From NCBI RefSeq assembly GCF_006345805.1, contig NC_043001.1, positions 72,354,001-72,418,000 on the forward strand: a DNA stretch of 64,000 bases. Reading direction: 5' to 3'. The translations under genes were made by a program, and so were the position numbers. The notes beneath the pieces were generated by a model, which had not been told where the DNA came from, did not search any database, and saw only the letters and a program-made list of their open reading frames with translations. This stretch comes from Octopus sinensis (lineage: Eukaryota). Every line of letters begins with the position of its first letter. Position 1 is the stretch's first letter. This document shows, piece after piece, positions 12,391-25,389 of the stretch.

Positions 12391-13242
12391 TTACTGCTTT
12401 ATTTCTTCTCTATGCGCTTTGAAACGTAATTCTTTGGTCATAGTCGAACTTACAGAGGCGAGATGTCCAGAATGGTTATTCTGATTATGTATGTCGTTAA
12501 GCCGGACATTGAGTTGAGTCATAAGTTGATGTAGTTCAAGTTTTAGACCATATTCTTTCAATACTGAACAGAGCGTTTGAATAAAACAAGATCTGTCCTT
12601 TGTACGAGACTCCGAACAAAACCCGGAAGAAACAGTCAACAGATTTGCCCATAACGGAATCGTCGTATAATTAATCGATTTTTTAAAAAACCCGAATAAT
12701 CCATCATGTTGGACGTTAACTTTTACAACAGGACTAGTATCAACGATGAAGAATTTTGGTTTTGCAGCGAGAGTCGAATTTTCTTTTTTAATTAGTACTT
12801 TCAACAGAGAATCAAAACTAACGAAATTATCCGTGCCGTATATGTAGTCATCGTCTTTGCTATAAGTTAATATTGCGCATACAAAACAGCTATAATCATT
12901 ACTATGCTCCGACAGACTGCTTATTAGATCTTTCATCTCTGTTACACTTCGATCCTTACGGAAAATAATTTTAAAGTTTAAAAACGTCAGAGCTTCTTTC
13001 AGGTCTTCCGCATCTCTTTGAGAATTTATTCGTGGAGCTATTTCAGTATGAGAATCAAAACAGTTGTAGATAATAAGAGCCAGGCCGGGTTTGGTGGAGT
13101 TAGTGTCACACTCTACTGTAAAATGGCACTTTGAGTAATTTTTACTGAACTGCTCCGAGGAATTACTGGTAGAACTTTCTTGTTGAAAGTTAGAACATTT
13201 CTTATAGACCCCATCGGTTGGTTTCGCATCACTGTAATCCAT
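12391..13242 (-). CDS. Single-exon caspase-3/7-like protein (283 aa), predicted catalytically inactive
   Basis: p20/p10 motifs GLALIIYN, RxxSQRDAEDL, SCFVCAILTYS (SHG to TYS), KPKFFIVDTSP (QACRG to DTSPV), SCFIQTLC, STMTKELRF; no stops or frameshifts; probable start MDYSDAKP at 13242. Confidence 0.88.
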   Translation of the reverse strand: MDYSDAKPTDGVYKKCSNFQQESSTSNSSEQFSKNYSKCHFTVECDTNSTKPGLALIIYNCFDSHTEIAPRINSQRDAEDLKEALTFLNFKIIFRKDRSVTEMKDLISSLSEHSNDYSCFVCAILTYSKDDDYIYGTDNFVSFDSLLKVLIKKENSTLAAKPKFFIVDTSPVVKVNVQHDGLFGFFKKSINYTTIPLWANLLTVSSGFCSESRTKDRSCFIQTLCSVLKEYGLKLELHQLMTQLNVRLNDIHNQNNHSGHLASVSSTMTKELRFKAHREEIKQ

Positions 13243-13531
13243 AATTAGAATAACGTGCTTTATATATTCAGGCAAAATGTAGACGATGGAAAAAATGTAA
13301 TAATATATAAAGTTAGAAATCAAATATTGTTAAAGAGATAAGTTTGAGCATTAATAGCAGAATAAAAATACGGCACCTATTTACAACTAAATAGGTTTAA
13401 TAATGTGAGCGAGACATGTACTGAATAAGTGACATTTGATGTCAAATTGAACTGTTTCATAATTATAGAAAGTTCTCAACGTCACATCCGTTTGACTTTG
13501 TTTGTATGTACGTACGTACGTACGTACGTAC

Positions 13532-13562
<31 letters not shown>

Positions 13563-14182
13563 TGTATGTATGTATGTATGTATGTATGTATGTATGTATG
13601 TATGTATGTATGTATGTATGTATGTATGTATGTATGTATGTGTGTGTGTGTGTGTATGCATGTGTGTATGTATGTGTGTGTGCGTGTGCGTGCGTGCATG
13701 CATTTATATGTATAACATAGAACAACCGCCTGACAACACGGTTATTCTATTTGGTTGTTGAGTAAACTCAGTCTAGTTGTGTTGTTTAGTAATTTATTAC
13801 TTAGCTAGCTAGTTGTACAATATTCCCCCATCTCACTCGCTATCCTTCGGAGCAACGCCTTTTCCATTTTGTCTGCTGGTGCCATGAGAAATGATTCTTT
13901 CACCTGCACGATATTCACTAAGAGTTCAGAGTACTTGATTCCACGCAAAAAATCCGAGTTTTATTATTTTTTTCTTAGTGAAAATTGTGCGGGTGAAAGG
14001 ATCAAAATTTACCAATGTTTCAATATTGTGAGATGCAAAATTCTTCGTTAGGATTTCCTTTAGAAACGCACTCTCTGAGAAAATGAAATGCAATTAAATT
14101 TTTTTTAATTAAAATGTAAAATATATACAAAATAAATGATGTCCGACATGTTTGTTTATATTTGCGAGTGCCCGTTTTCCGT

Positions 14183-14385
14183 TTACTCTTTTACTTGTTT
14201 CAGTCATTTGACTGCGGCCATGCTGGAGCACCGCCTTTAATCGAGCAACTCGACCCCGGGACTTATTCTTTTGTAAGCCCAGTACTTATTCTATCGGTCT
14301 CTTTTGCCGAACCGCTAAGTAACGGGGACATAAACACACCAGCATCGGTTGTCAAGCAATGCTAGGGGGACAAACACAGACACAC
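14183..14385 (-). mobile_element. SINE with CR1-like tail (family C)
   Basis: CCAGCATGGCCGCAGTCAAATGACTGAAACAAGTAAAAGAGTAA end on minus; related copies at about 9790-9950, 22690-22870, 37030-37205 and 39340-39515. Confidence 0.6.
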
Positions 14386-14398
14386 AAACACACACACA

Positions 14399-14500
<102 letters not shown>

Positions 14501-14655
14501 CGACAGGCTTCTTTTCAGTTTCCGTCTACCAAATCCACTCACAAGGCTTTGGTCGGCCCGAGGCTATAGTAGAAGACACTTGCCCAAGGTGTCACGCAGT
14601 GGGACTGAACCCGGAACCATGTGGTTGGTAAACAAGCTACTTACCACACAGCCAC
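14501..14655 (-). mobile_element. tRNA-derived CORE-like SINE (family B)
   Basis: GCTGTGTGGTAAG...GGTTCAGTCCCACTGCGTG.CACCTTGGGCAAGTGTCTTCTACTATAGCC; related copies at about 21145-21235, 34722-34890, 39021-39135, 40373-40497 and 43917-44075. Confidence 0.7.
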
Positions 14656-15890
14656 TTGTTTAATCTTTTCGTATAAAATATTTAAAAATGGATGAATCTT
14701 TCTAATTTTTTGCGTACATCTTTTATTTTGTATATATTTTCTATTTTCATAACTTTTTTTAAAGTTGCATTTCATTTTCTTGGAGAGGCGCGTTTCTATA
14801 GGAGCGTCCTCCGTTAATTTGCTTTATTGTAAAGCAGGTTTAGAAATATATTTTGCATTTTCAGAATAGTATCATTCAATTTCCACAATTGTGTAATTTC
14901 CAAAATAGTATATTTTTTTGATAAATTGTATTTATGGCTGACTGGAAACGTCTTTTTATTTAATGAATTACATGTTCGATGCTAACATGTGTCTTAAACC
15001 AGTCGATTCACCCCCACCCCCGCCGCTTTCGTTGTTGTTTAGCCCCAAATCACTTATGAGTGTAGACATAGAATGGAAACTGTTCCAGCTGTGTCAGTAA
15101 CATCTTTTATTATATGTAAACATTTTTGGGATCTGTTCAATTTGGTTCGCAGATTTTTAAAATTAATTTTTAAAACTAAACAGTTTGAAATTTCGTATAC
15201 TGTGGAATGTCTCACGCAGAACACGGTTTACTTAATGCAGCCAAATTTCAACCTCTTCTATTTTACCAGATGCGTTCGCTAAGCAGAATAATGTTTTTGC
15301 CATTTGACCCTTCTAACCCCTTCTATTTTACCAAAAGCTAGTATAGAGATAACAGGCCCACAATGAAATCTATTGTTCTCAATAATATGTCTATCCCTCT
15401 GGCTGGTTTTGCATAGTTATAAATACTAGAATTTGGTGAGCCAACTAGAGTCATGCCACAAGCAGACAGCCACTAAAGACAAACGGCCAGAGGGAGAATG
15501 AAGGTTACAATCTGCCAACTATGAAACACAACTTCCTACGACTCTATAACTTTCACTAGCTCAATTTCCTTTCTCTTACAACGTCAGTCTATCACTATCT
15601 ATGGTTTACTACTACAATAAGAATGTGTGCACACATACAGGCCGAAATTAACTTAATACCGCATGATCTTTCGATTATATCACACCTGCCCGTCGAGGCA
15701 TGGCATTATACAAAATAACGGTAAATAAATATGTCTTTACAACTTTGATCATCTTGCTCATCTGCAACAATAACACCGACTCCAACATATGTCATAATAT
15801 CATACTGCCACACGTGAAGACTCGGACGTTCCACCCAACCATGCCGTTACATTGGTGACCTTTAACTGCAACGAATATTCATACCATTAC

Positions 15891-16741
15891 AAAGTTGTCG
15901 TATTTTGGTAATTTCAACCAATCAACGACGTGTATTCAGTTGAAGAAAGCTACTGCTGTTTCTGATAGTAATCGAAGAGGAACCACTTTCGGGTCATATC
16001 TACTAAAAGTCACCACTCTGTTCTATTTTATTTTTTGTTTACGGCTTCTGTTACATATTACATGCTTTTTTTTTTTTGTTTTTTGGTTCTCGTGTCGGAG
16101 TAACCAGTAAACATCGAAGAATCAACACCAAGAAGATAGAAATATTATTTACATATATTTATTCGTTAGCCCGACATCGGTATTTTATCCACATAATGCG
16201 CACCGGATTTTAAAAGACCTATAGAGCTACGAGTCCGCAGCTAGCTTTTTTGTTGTTGACGTGTATGTAGTTTCAAAATGCTTTATTTTACAACTACTTG
16301 GTGTATTGTTATTGCCATGATTTTATCTTACTATACTCAACAACACGCATTTCGTCAATATAAAAGTCTTTATATGATTAAAAATAACTTTAACCAAAAC
16401 ATGAAGGTAAAACAAAGCAAATAGCGGCTTATACACCAGAAAATAGGATAATTGGGATCTGTTCAGTTTGGCTCAGATTTTAGTGGCTGTGACAAGTTCG
16501 CTCGCTGGTTGCTAGTTGATAATGTAGAAAGGAGAGAAAGACTAAGGAATGCATGGTGCTGACTAGAAAGGATAAAGGTGACATCGTCTTCGCTCGGCAT
16601 ACGAAAAGAACAGAGTGGTGACATTTAGTAGAGATGACCCGGAAGTTGTTCCTCTTCGATTACTATCGCAAACAGCAGTAGCTTTCTTCAAGTGAATACG
16701 CGTCGTTGATTGGTTGAAATTACCGAAATACAACAACTTTA
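15891..16741. mobile_element. Inverted-repeat element (~135-bp arms, ~580-bp spacer), probable MITE
   Basis: 15891-16025 is the approximate reverse complement of 16608-16741. Confidence 0.6.
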
Positions 16742-17410
16742 ACACAAAATAACTTCTAAGATACCAAATTTTGTCAAAAATGTTCAAAGTAGACCGTATG
16801 AAGTTTTAAACTCTTTAGTTAAAAGAAATTAATCAAAAATTCTGCGTGCCAAACTGAACAGATACAATTTTAAGTGAATGTGGTTGCTATTTCGGATCTA
16901 GTTAGTTTTATTCGCAAAATGAGACCCCTTTAATTTTTCTCATATTAATTTCAATTCTAGTGTATCGACGCAACTCTGAATTTTGGTTACTTTATCTCGT
17001 AAATCAAAGAATCTGATATTATTTGGAATTAAAGTTGGGAAATTTGGGTAATTTTAGCCAATCAACAGACAGCGTGGCATTAGCAGCCTATTACCATGAC
17101 AACCGCACGCTGTGTTGCGTTTCACTTCACCCGTGTCTGTGCCGCACGTTGTTCTGTGTTGATTCTTCACACCACGAGATTCTTTTCACCCGCATGTTTT
17201 GTTTTAATTTTTCTGTGTGTGAGTATATTACATATTTTTCTGTACTTCTATTTGTTAGTATTTTTACATATTTTTCATTTCATATCTTTTGGGGACAAAT
17301 TCTTTTTTTACCAGTGTTATTCTTATTGTAGTTTACAAATCCAAACATGAAAACGTTACTCAACTTTGGCATTTTGGAGACAGACGCCCCCTTTTCACAC
17401 ACACACACAC

Positions 17411-17460
<50 letters not shown>

Positions 17461-18050
17461 TACACACACACACGCACGCACTTATATACTAATGATGTAC
17501 ACAAATACATACATAATGCTGAAATGCGCATAAAGTAAACACATGCAGACAAATATATTACTATAACAAATTAAAAAAATAATAAAAACATACACTCAAT
17601 AAAGAGACAAAAGAAACAGTAAGATAATACATGTTGATTTTATTGGGTATTTTTGTTTATTTAGAAACCTAAAATGAACAGGTCGTTTCACAGATGCTAA
17701 ACTATAAATTTCACAGGGTATAACCTTAAAGTTGACACCGCTCTGCTAAACGCAGAAAATTTCCCTCTCGTTATTGGCTAAAAATACAGTTTTCTCGATT
17801 TTTAAACCTCTGTAACTGTTACCTCCAATTTTTTTCTCCACAACATCATACCTTCATAGCAATAAGCCTGGAAAACTACATTATTATAGCCGAGTTTCAG
17901 ATTTTTTACTTCCTTTTTAAAAATGTATATTTTGTGAATCAGTTTAACTAGATCCGCTATTTCTAACAGCTCGAGTGACCACGTAGGAGTTTTGTCGCTG
18001 GGTCTGTTTGTTCCAGATTTTAGTGTCATGGGCTAACACATGCGCGCGCG

Positions 18051-18081
<31 letters not shown>

Positions 18082-18442
18082 CACACACACACACACACTT
18101 ACATACATATATCTGAAAAAGAACACCGAGGAGGTTACGATTTTTGACAAACAAAGCTTTTATTCCTTTCGTACACAAAAGATAAATACTCTCTTTCGAA
18201 GGGCAAAATGTCGAGAGAATTTGAGTTATTCTTCCTGTGTAATTGTAATAGTTGTCAAAAAGTTAACTGCTGGTCATTGTATTGTCGCCCATTGTTCATT
18301 TTGGTTGTTGTTAGTTCGGATCAGTAACTGTCTGCATTTGTTCGCCTGTTGTCTCGTCTCTGTTGTCTTTCAATGCTCTTTCAAAGCTCTTTCTCAAGTA
18401 GTCAAAGTGTGCTGAATTCATACTGATGTTTAGGCTCAGAGA

Positions 18443-18791
18443 CAGTGGCTCTCAACCATTTTTTTTTAAATATCTGTGGACCCCTTTGATTACTATTCTA
18501 ATTTGGTGGATCCCCATAACCATTCGATTCTTAAAAACTAATTTATAGATGCTTCTTTCAAAATTCTCATTTTGTTTTTCACACATTAACTTGTGTGGGT
18601 TGAACTATGCAAAATATTAGAGAAAGAAATGTAACTGCTTCTTGCAGTAAATACATCTGTAGTGAATCTAATTTTTTATGGACCCTTAATGAACTACTGT
18701 AAATCCTCAATTTATTATTTTGCTTGCATGGACCCCAAAAAGTCTTACATGGACTCCCAGGGGCCATATGGACCCCAGTTGAGAACCACTG
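18443..18791. mobile_element. hAT (Charlie-like) MITE
   Basis: TIR CAGTGG(C/T)TCTCAAC; imperfect 8-bp TSD CTCAGAGA/CTTAGAAA. Confidence 0.75.
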
Positions 18792-19018
18792 CTTAGAAAG
18801 AAAGGTCCGTTAAGACGGGACTGTTGCTGGAGCCAGTTCTAGGTGAAGCTGTGATTGGTTAGAATTTTTCTTCGTGTGGGTAATATCCCAGCGAATCACA
18901 ACATCAGGTATTATTGAATATTCCTGTTACATGACTCTCCTGTAAATGAAATGTCTGTTCAAAATGACTTGAACGAAACGACAAGAATAGTGCAGTAACT
19001 GCAAATGCGAAGTATTCA

Positions 19019-19228
19019 TGTAGGGGTGCTGAAAAGTTCCTGGCTTTAAGGTTATCGCAAAAGGCCTGGTTCGAACCCCAATCTTCTGAGTTCTCTTACA
19101 GGGTTTAGAAAAACTGAAGGATTGCTGCAATAACTGAGGGGGTGGGATATGTTGAATAAAATCATAATTAACTGATCCTCCTGTATTTTCTTTTACCCAA
19201 AGTCGCAAACTTTTCAGCAACTCTCGTA
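19019..19228. mobile_element. Tc1/mariner-type MITE
   Basis: GGGGTGCTGAAAAGTTCCTGGCTTT ... AAAGTCGCAAACTTTTCAGCAACTCTCGTA. Confidence 0.65.
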
Positions 19229-21246
19229 AAGGAGCATGTATTAGAAAGGGTGAATGCAAGATTTAAAATGCAAGATTTAAAATGTTGAGTATAAGGCCAG
19301 AGTATAAGTGTGAAAATATTAGGTAAGATCTGATGAGGATATATGTATGTACGTGAGACAGATGAGTGTAACTAAGTGTTTAACTGAGTGAATGACTCGT
19401 ACATAGTTATGTGCATGGACACCAGCGGGACGGTGTCGTGTCTACCAGTGGGTCGGTAGTGCATATTCATGTATATTTGTATTGAATACCAGTGGGTCGG
19501 TATTGTGAACCTATTCAGCTATTTCTGAGCTTAAGAACATAAACAGCTGAAGCAAGGTTGGTCCTTGTGTGCATGTTAAATGTGAATGTATGCATGCCTA
19601 GTGTGTGCAATGTAAAATTGTGCTCAGATGTATGCATGTGTGAGCAGAAAGAAGGAGAAATCAATAAGAAAAAAAATCTCGATGAAGAAAGCAGTTTTGT
19701 TTTGTACTGAACTGGAGAAAACACATTAACTTGACTCGTTCCTGTCACCGGAGCAGATGGAGACACCAGTGGCAGAATGTGCTGATATTGTTTGTTCAAA
19801 TGGTGAGGTTGATATCGTTAGAGACTCCAGACGAACCGATTGCAGGCGGGGTCTTTTTAAGCTAACAAAAAATGACGAATAGGAATTTACTGGGTATGTT
19901 GGTTGATATCGTTGATGTTGCAGCAACGGGCACCTCGGCGGTGTTGCTAAAAGCGTTTGATGTGCTGAGAAGAAACGTGTTTAAGATACAACCACCAGTG
20001 TATCGGTAACTAAGATAGCGGCAGCGCGGCAAAGCTACAACGGCAGGCGGAGTCCTACAGATGGAGTCATAAGCAAATTGTTTCTAGACTGCATCATATT
20101 CTTCTTTCAGGGTTGGCTGCAAAGATGTTCTTTAAACTTTCAGTTTGCAAGTTGTTACAAGTGCTGACTGCTATTTCTTGCATCGGAAGTTACCAGTTGT
20201 ACGAAAAAGAACACTAGAGAAGGCTGCTATTTTTGACAAACAAAAGCTTTTATTCTTTTTGTACTCACAAAAAATTAGTTATTTGTTGTAAGGACAAAAT
20301 ATCGAGAGAGTTTAAGTGTTGTCGTTCTTGGTGCAATTGTAATAGTCTCTAGCGTTTCTCAATGCTCATTTTGTCAAGTAGTAAAATTAGATTGAATTAA
20401 TACTGAAAGGCTCAAAATGATTGGAGTGTTGCTAGAGCCAGTTCTAGGTGAAGTCGTAACTAGTTAGAATTTTTTTTTATCACGCAGGTAATATGTTAGC
20501 GAATCGCCACATCGGGTGATTGTTGAATATTCTCGCTACACATATCTATTCAGGACCAGCTGGATTAAGACCCATAGAGGCCCCAAGCACTTAAAAGTGC
20601 CCCCAATATGTGACCCAAAATATAACCAATATTTACCCATAAAATAATTTTTTTTTCAAAATGAAGCAAGGCTAACAGTAAGGTGGAAAAATAACGTTTA
20701 GTTGGTATATTTTCACTTTATTTAAATTTGAAAAGTGTCCTCTTACTTTTTTAAATTGAAAAGTCTTTGACCACACCCTTACTATAACACCACAAACACT
20801 TCAAAATTATATTTCCGATTATGTAAACCACATCGAAAACTATTTTAGCAAGTTTAAAGTGATTTTTTGTGTGCCATAAACCATTTGCCATTTTTGTGGT
20901 GTCCCCTTCTATAAGCACGTGCTTATTTTGCTTCATGATTAATCTAGCGCTGTACCTACCTACCTACCTACATACCTACCTACCTACCTACCTACCTACC
21001 CACTTACCTACCCACTTACCTACCTACTTACCTACCTACATGTATGTATGTATGTATGTATGTATGTATGTATGTATGTATGTATGTATGTATGTATGTA
21101 TGTATGTATGTATGTATGTATGTATGTATGCATGTATGTATGTAGGTGCAGGCGTGGCTGTGTGGTAAGAAGCTTGCTTTCCAACTATATGGTTCCAGTT
21201 TCTATTTTAGCCTTGGGCCGACCGAAGCCATGCGATTAGATTTAGT

Positions 21247-21272
<26 letters not shown>

Positions 21273-21281
<9 letters not shown>

Positions 21282-21573
21282 ATTAGTGAATTGAAGAAAT
21301 GGAGCTGAACGCAGATTGAACAGAAATCGTTTTATTTCATTCTACACGTGTTTCGAAAGGCACAAATTACCAAAATCCGATTGAATAATGGGACCATATT
21401 GTGTCTTTCTCTTCAGAGAAAGACACAATATGAAGAGAAAGACACAATATGGTCCCATTATTCAATCGGATTTTGGTAATTTGTGCCTTTCGAAACACGT
21501 GTAGAATGAAATAAAACGATTTCTGTTCAATCTGCGTTCAGCTCCATTTCTTCAATTCACCAATAATGTTTTA
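21273..21573. mobile_element. Fold-back of a pLTR-like segment containing a hammerhead core
   Basis: 142-bp arms (21273-21414, 21432-21573) with one mismatch; 17-bp spacer duplicating the start of the right arm. Confidence 0.8.
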
Positions 21574-21716
21574 ATTTCAATTATCCGCACCAACGCACGG
21601 TTGCAACACCATATGGTTGTACCTCCAACCGTGCTGTTTACTGCTGTGATTTTTGCTACTAAGGTATCGGTTAAACTTTTGATTAATCTACTACAAGATT
21701 ATTCATCTTTCTATTT

Positions 21717-21800
<84 letters not shown>

Positions 21801-21873
21801 TAAGCAATAAGGGTTTAGCAACGAATTGCCTTACCACATATATATAAAAGGTTTAGCAACGAATTGCCTTACC

Positions 21874-21944
<71 letters not shown>

Positions 21945-24900
21945 TTGTGTTTGCTTATATTCCTTATGGATTCGAAAACTGAGTTGCCGATTTTGACGTA
22001 TGAGGTATCAAAAGATTCAGTAAACTTTCCGCTACCAAATAATTTTTTTTTTGCACAAGAACTCTTTTTTTACTACAAAAATAACCCAAAAAGCGAGGTC
22101 AGGTCACAATTTTCAGGCCTTTAGCTAAGGGACGCAACTCTGCCTGAACACTCTTTGTCTTAGAGCATAATGAGAAATGTTTAAAATACATGGAGCTTCA
22201 CTAGGGAATGAAACTTCAAAGATATACCGTCAACTTTATTAGTATTATTTAGTAGATAATCTTTTAATGTGAAGTATGTTTGTCTGTGTTTTGTTTAGTC
22301 CAGAGTTGCCTGTGATGTAGCAGACCCATTGCATAGTTTTTTTTTCTTCCTGAAGTATCTTTCTTTTGACGAAAGGGTGTGTTTTAAGAGAGATTTGGCT
22401 ACTATTTGTAGTAGCTCAAGTTACCACAGACACACCCTTGACTGTGTGTGTGTGTGTTTGTCTGTGCATGTTTTGTTGTGAAGAAAACTTTTTCTCAGAG
22501 TATTTTGCACAGTAATTTTTAAAGAAATCTGGACATCTTTCTTACTGCTAACCATTCAACTTTAAATTACAATTGTTAATTATTGGAAGTCAAGTGCACT
22601 GAGATGTTATATAGTGTTATCATATACAGTGGAAGTTCAATACAAAGTTTTTAACTCATTATCATGTGGTTACCTTAAAGTTGAAGCCATTAAGTCTTTA
22701 AACATTGTTTTACTGGATTTAGTCTTTCGACTGTTGCCATGATGAGTTATCGCCTTCAAAAATTTAATTGATCATACTGATCTCAGTACGTATTTCAATC
22801 TGGCATTTATTTTATAGATCTTTGGTTGATGAACTGCTTATTTCGAGACACAATACTTGATCTAACAACAAATGTAAACACACACATACATTAGGTGCAA
22901 GAATGACTGTTTTGAGAAGTTTACTTCCCAACCACATGATTCCATGTTCAGCCCCTCTGCATTGTACCTTGAGTAAGTGTTTTCTACTATAGCCCTAGGC
23001 CAACCTCAGACTTGTGACTGAATTTGGTAGACAGAAAATGACCGAAAAGCATGTGTATAAAGAAGAGTTGCTTGCTTCATACTCCTTGTGTGCCAATTCT
23101 GACTATAAAAAAGAAACAAGCAATACAATGTGTCTGAAGGTCATAGCACTCAGGCAATGCTGGGGTGCACTGCTAATATACTATGGTGTTGCTATTATGT
23201 TAAACTGTTGTATATCCAAATTTGGCCAAATGTGTTTTTTACAATATCTATTTTTGCTTGCAATAGCTGGTTGTTTTGGTCAAACTATCATATCTCCAGC
23301 TGCTTCAGAGGCCAAGATATGAAAATTGTCAAAGTATAGTACAACAGTTTTGCTATGGAATGGTGAAACTATTTTTTCATTTTCTGAAAAAGCAATGTTT
23401 TGGATTTATGACACTTTTGCATTATAGCAAGTATATATATATATATATATTTTTTTTTTTCGGTTGAATTAGGTACTTAAATTGAGGCACCTTGTTCACT
23501 CAATCTAATTTGCACACTCAAACAACATCAGGTGAATATCGAACTCTGTGCAGAGGTGTTTGCATTTGATATTCTTGTAGAGTATGCAGATAACATGGTT
23601 CAACTTAGTGAAGAGATCTGATCTTGGTTGTTCAAACATGTACTTTATATAAAAATACTTTCTCTAATGTTTCTTATGTGCAGATTCCAGGGTAGGTGAA
23701 TAATATATAAATGAGTAACAAAGATGTATAGGTGTCAATTCATTATGGCCATTTCAAGAGACTCCTTTAATTGATTAATGAAAACATTACATCATTGCAA
23801 AGAAACCGTTTTCATCAGGTGACTGCATAGACTTCAAACACAAAGGACCAACCAACTGCTTTAACATATTCATATCACCAACTGGAGCTCAATTATGTAC
23901 ATTGATTCTGCTACTATTTTTTGGCAGAATGAGTTTAGAAAATAGTTTATGTAGTGTTGAACCTACAAGAATTTAGAGGTTAGTAGAGGTTATAGTTGGG
24001 GGAGGAATAATTGAGAGTAGTGACCTAGTTACCTACATTTCGAATACAATAGGGGGAATGTAGTCTTCAATCATCCAAAATTAAATCTTTTGGAAATTGT
24101 AGCTATATTTTAGATAAAGGAAATAAATTAATTAATATCATATAATTTAAAAAATTCATAATATAAGATTACAGTATACAGTAAATTTTATGAAAAATGT
24201 ATAAACTGTCACAAATTTATAAGCTATAAAAATCATAAAAATATATATATAAAAAAAGGATATATAAAGGCATGAAAATATAAAATTTTTTTTTAATAAA
24301 GTATAAGAATTTATAAGATATAATGTGTAATTAAAATATATATAAATTATGAAAAAATATAAAGGTATATAAAGGCATAAAATATAAAAATTTATAAAAA
24401 ATTAAAGAAAAAATTAAAAAAGTTTTTTATAAAAACGTATAAAAAGATGATATAAATGGGTATAAAAAGATATAAAGAAGGATATAAGATAAAGTAAAAT
24501 AAAAAAAGATTTATCTATAATGGTATTGGTATATAGAGAAAGTTATAGCTTGAATAATTATTATTAATACACGATAAAATAAAATATAAATATACCAAGT
24601 TTTAATAGAGCTAAAATTACCAATGGAAATGGGTTTATAAGATAAATCTAAAGTACATAAAAGAAACTGATTGAGGTAGAATAGTAACAAATCTTAGAGA
24701 AGGTATATTTTATATTTAGGGGAGGTGTGAATTATTAGAATCCTTTAGAAAAAATAAATATATTTTATATCAACCATGATAGAAGAGATTCACCAATGGA
24801 AATGGTTAAGTACATGTTGTAATTATTAAAAGTTTATTGATCAAAGGGGACGGGGTCACTAGAATGCATTATTGAATAGATTTCAACATCACAGAGAGTA

Positions 24901-25389
24901 GGCTATGAATGATATGGCACTCTGAATAACTTATATCAGCAAAAATACAGTATGATATAATTATTAGTTACCTGCTTCTAAAGTATTTAAAGGTATGGGT
25001 AATCCTATGAACACATGAACCCTAAGAACTAATTTATTATTAATTTGGTTGTGTTTATTGCTATATTTGAATATTTCATATATCTCCATACATCATAGTC
25101 CACACCCATACCAGCTATTATGGTTGAGCTCTATGCACTATAACCCACTTTAGACTGAATTAGATATTATTATCCTTGAGTTCTCAGAGTTTTCTAGTTA
25201 ATGAGGTACTGTTGTTTTATGCCTAAGTCTAAAGGATGAAACATTGTTATTCAAACGTTTTTTTCATATTTACTGACCTTAAACGATACTAAGCCCAAAC
25301 ACACACATAGATAAACAGCCACACACACACACACACACACACAGACCTGCATGCACGCACATACTCACACACACACACACATATCTCCT

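Noticed and set aside
13243-13323. 27-aa N-terminal extension of the caspase-like ORF from a TTG/alternative start
   Set aside because: AT-rich and not caspase-like, and it resembles an intron end or UTR; the ATG at 13242 is more plausible
23231-23322. Signal-peptide-like MCFLQYLFLLAIAGCFG
   Set aside because: Stop codon after 30 aa and no convincing splice donor or downstream exon
24000-25300. G/A-skewed AT-rich tract as a numt or an old Penelope element
   Set aside because: No recognisable mitochondrial or RT/GIY-YIG peptide by eye; a hammerhead-like stretch near 24030-24075 does not fold properly
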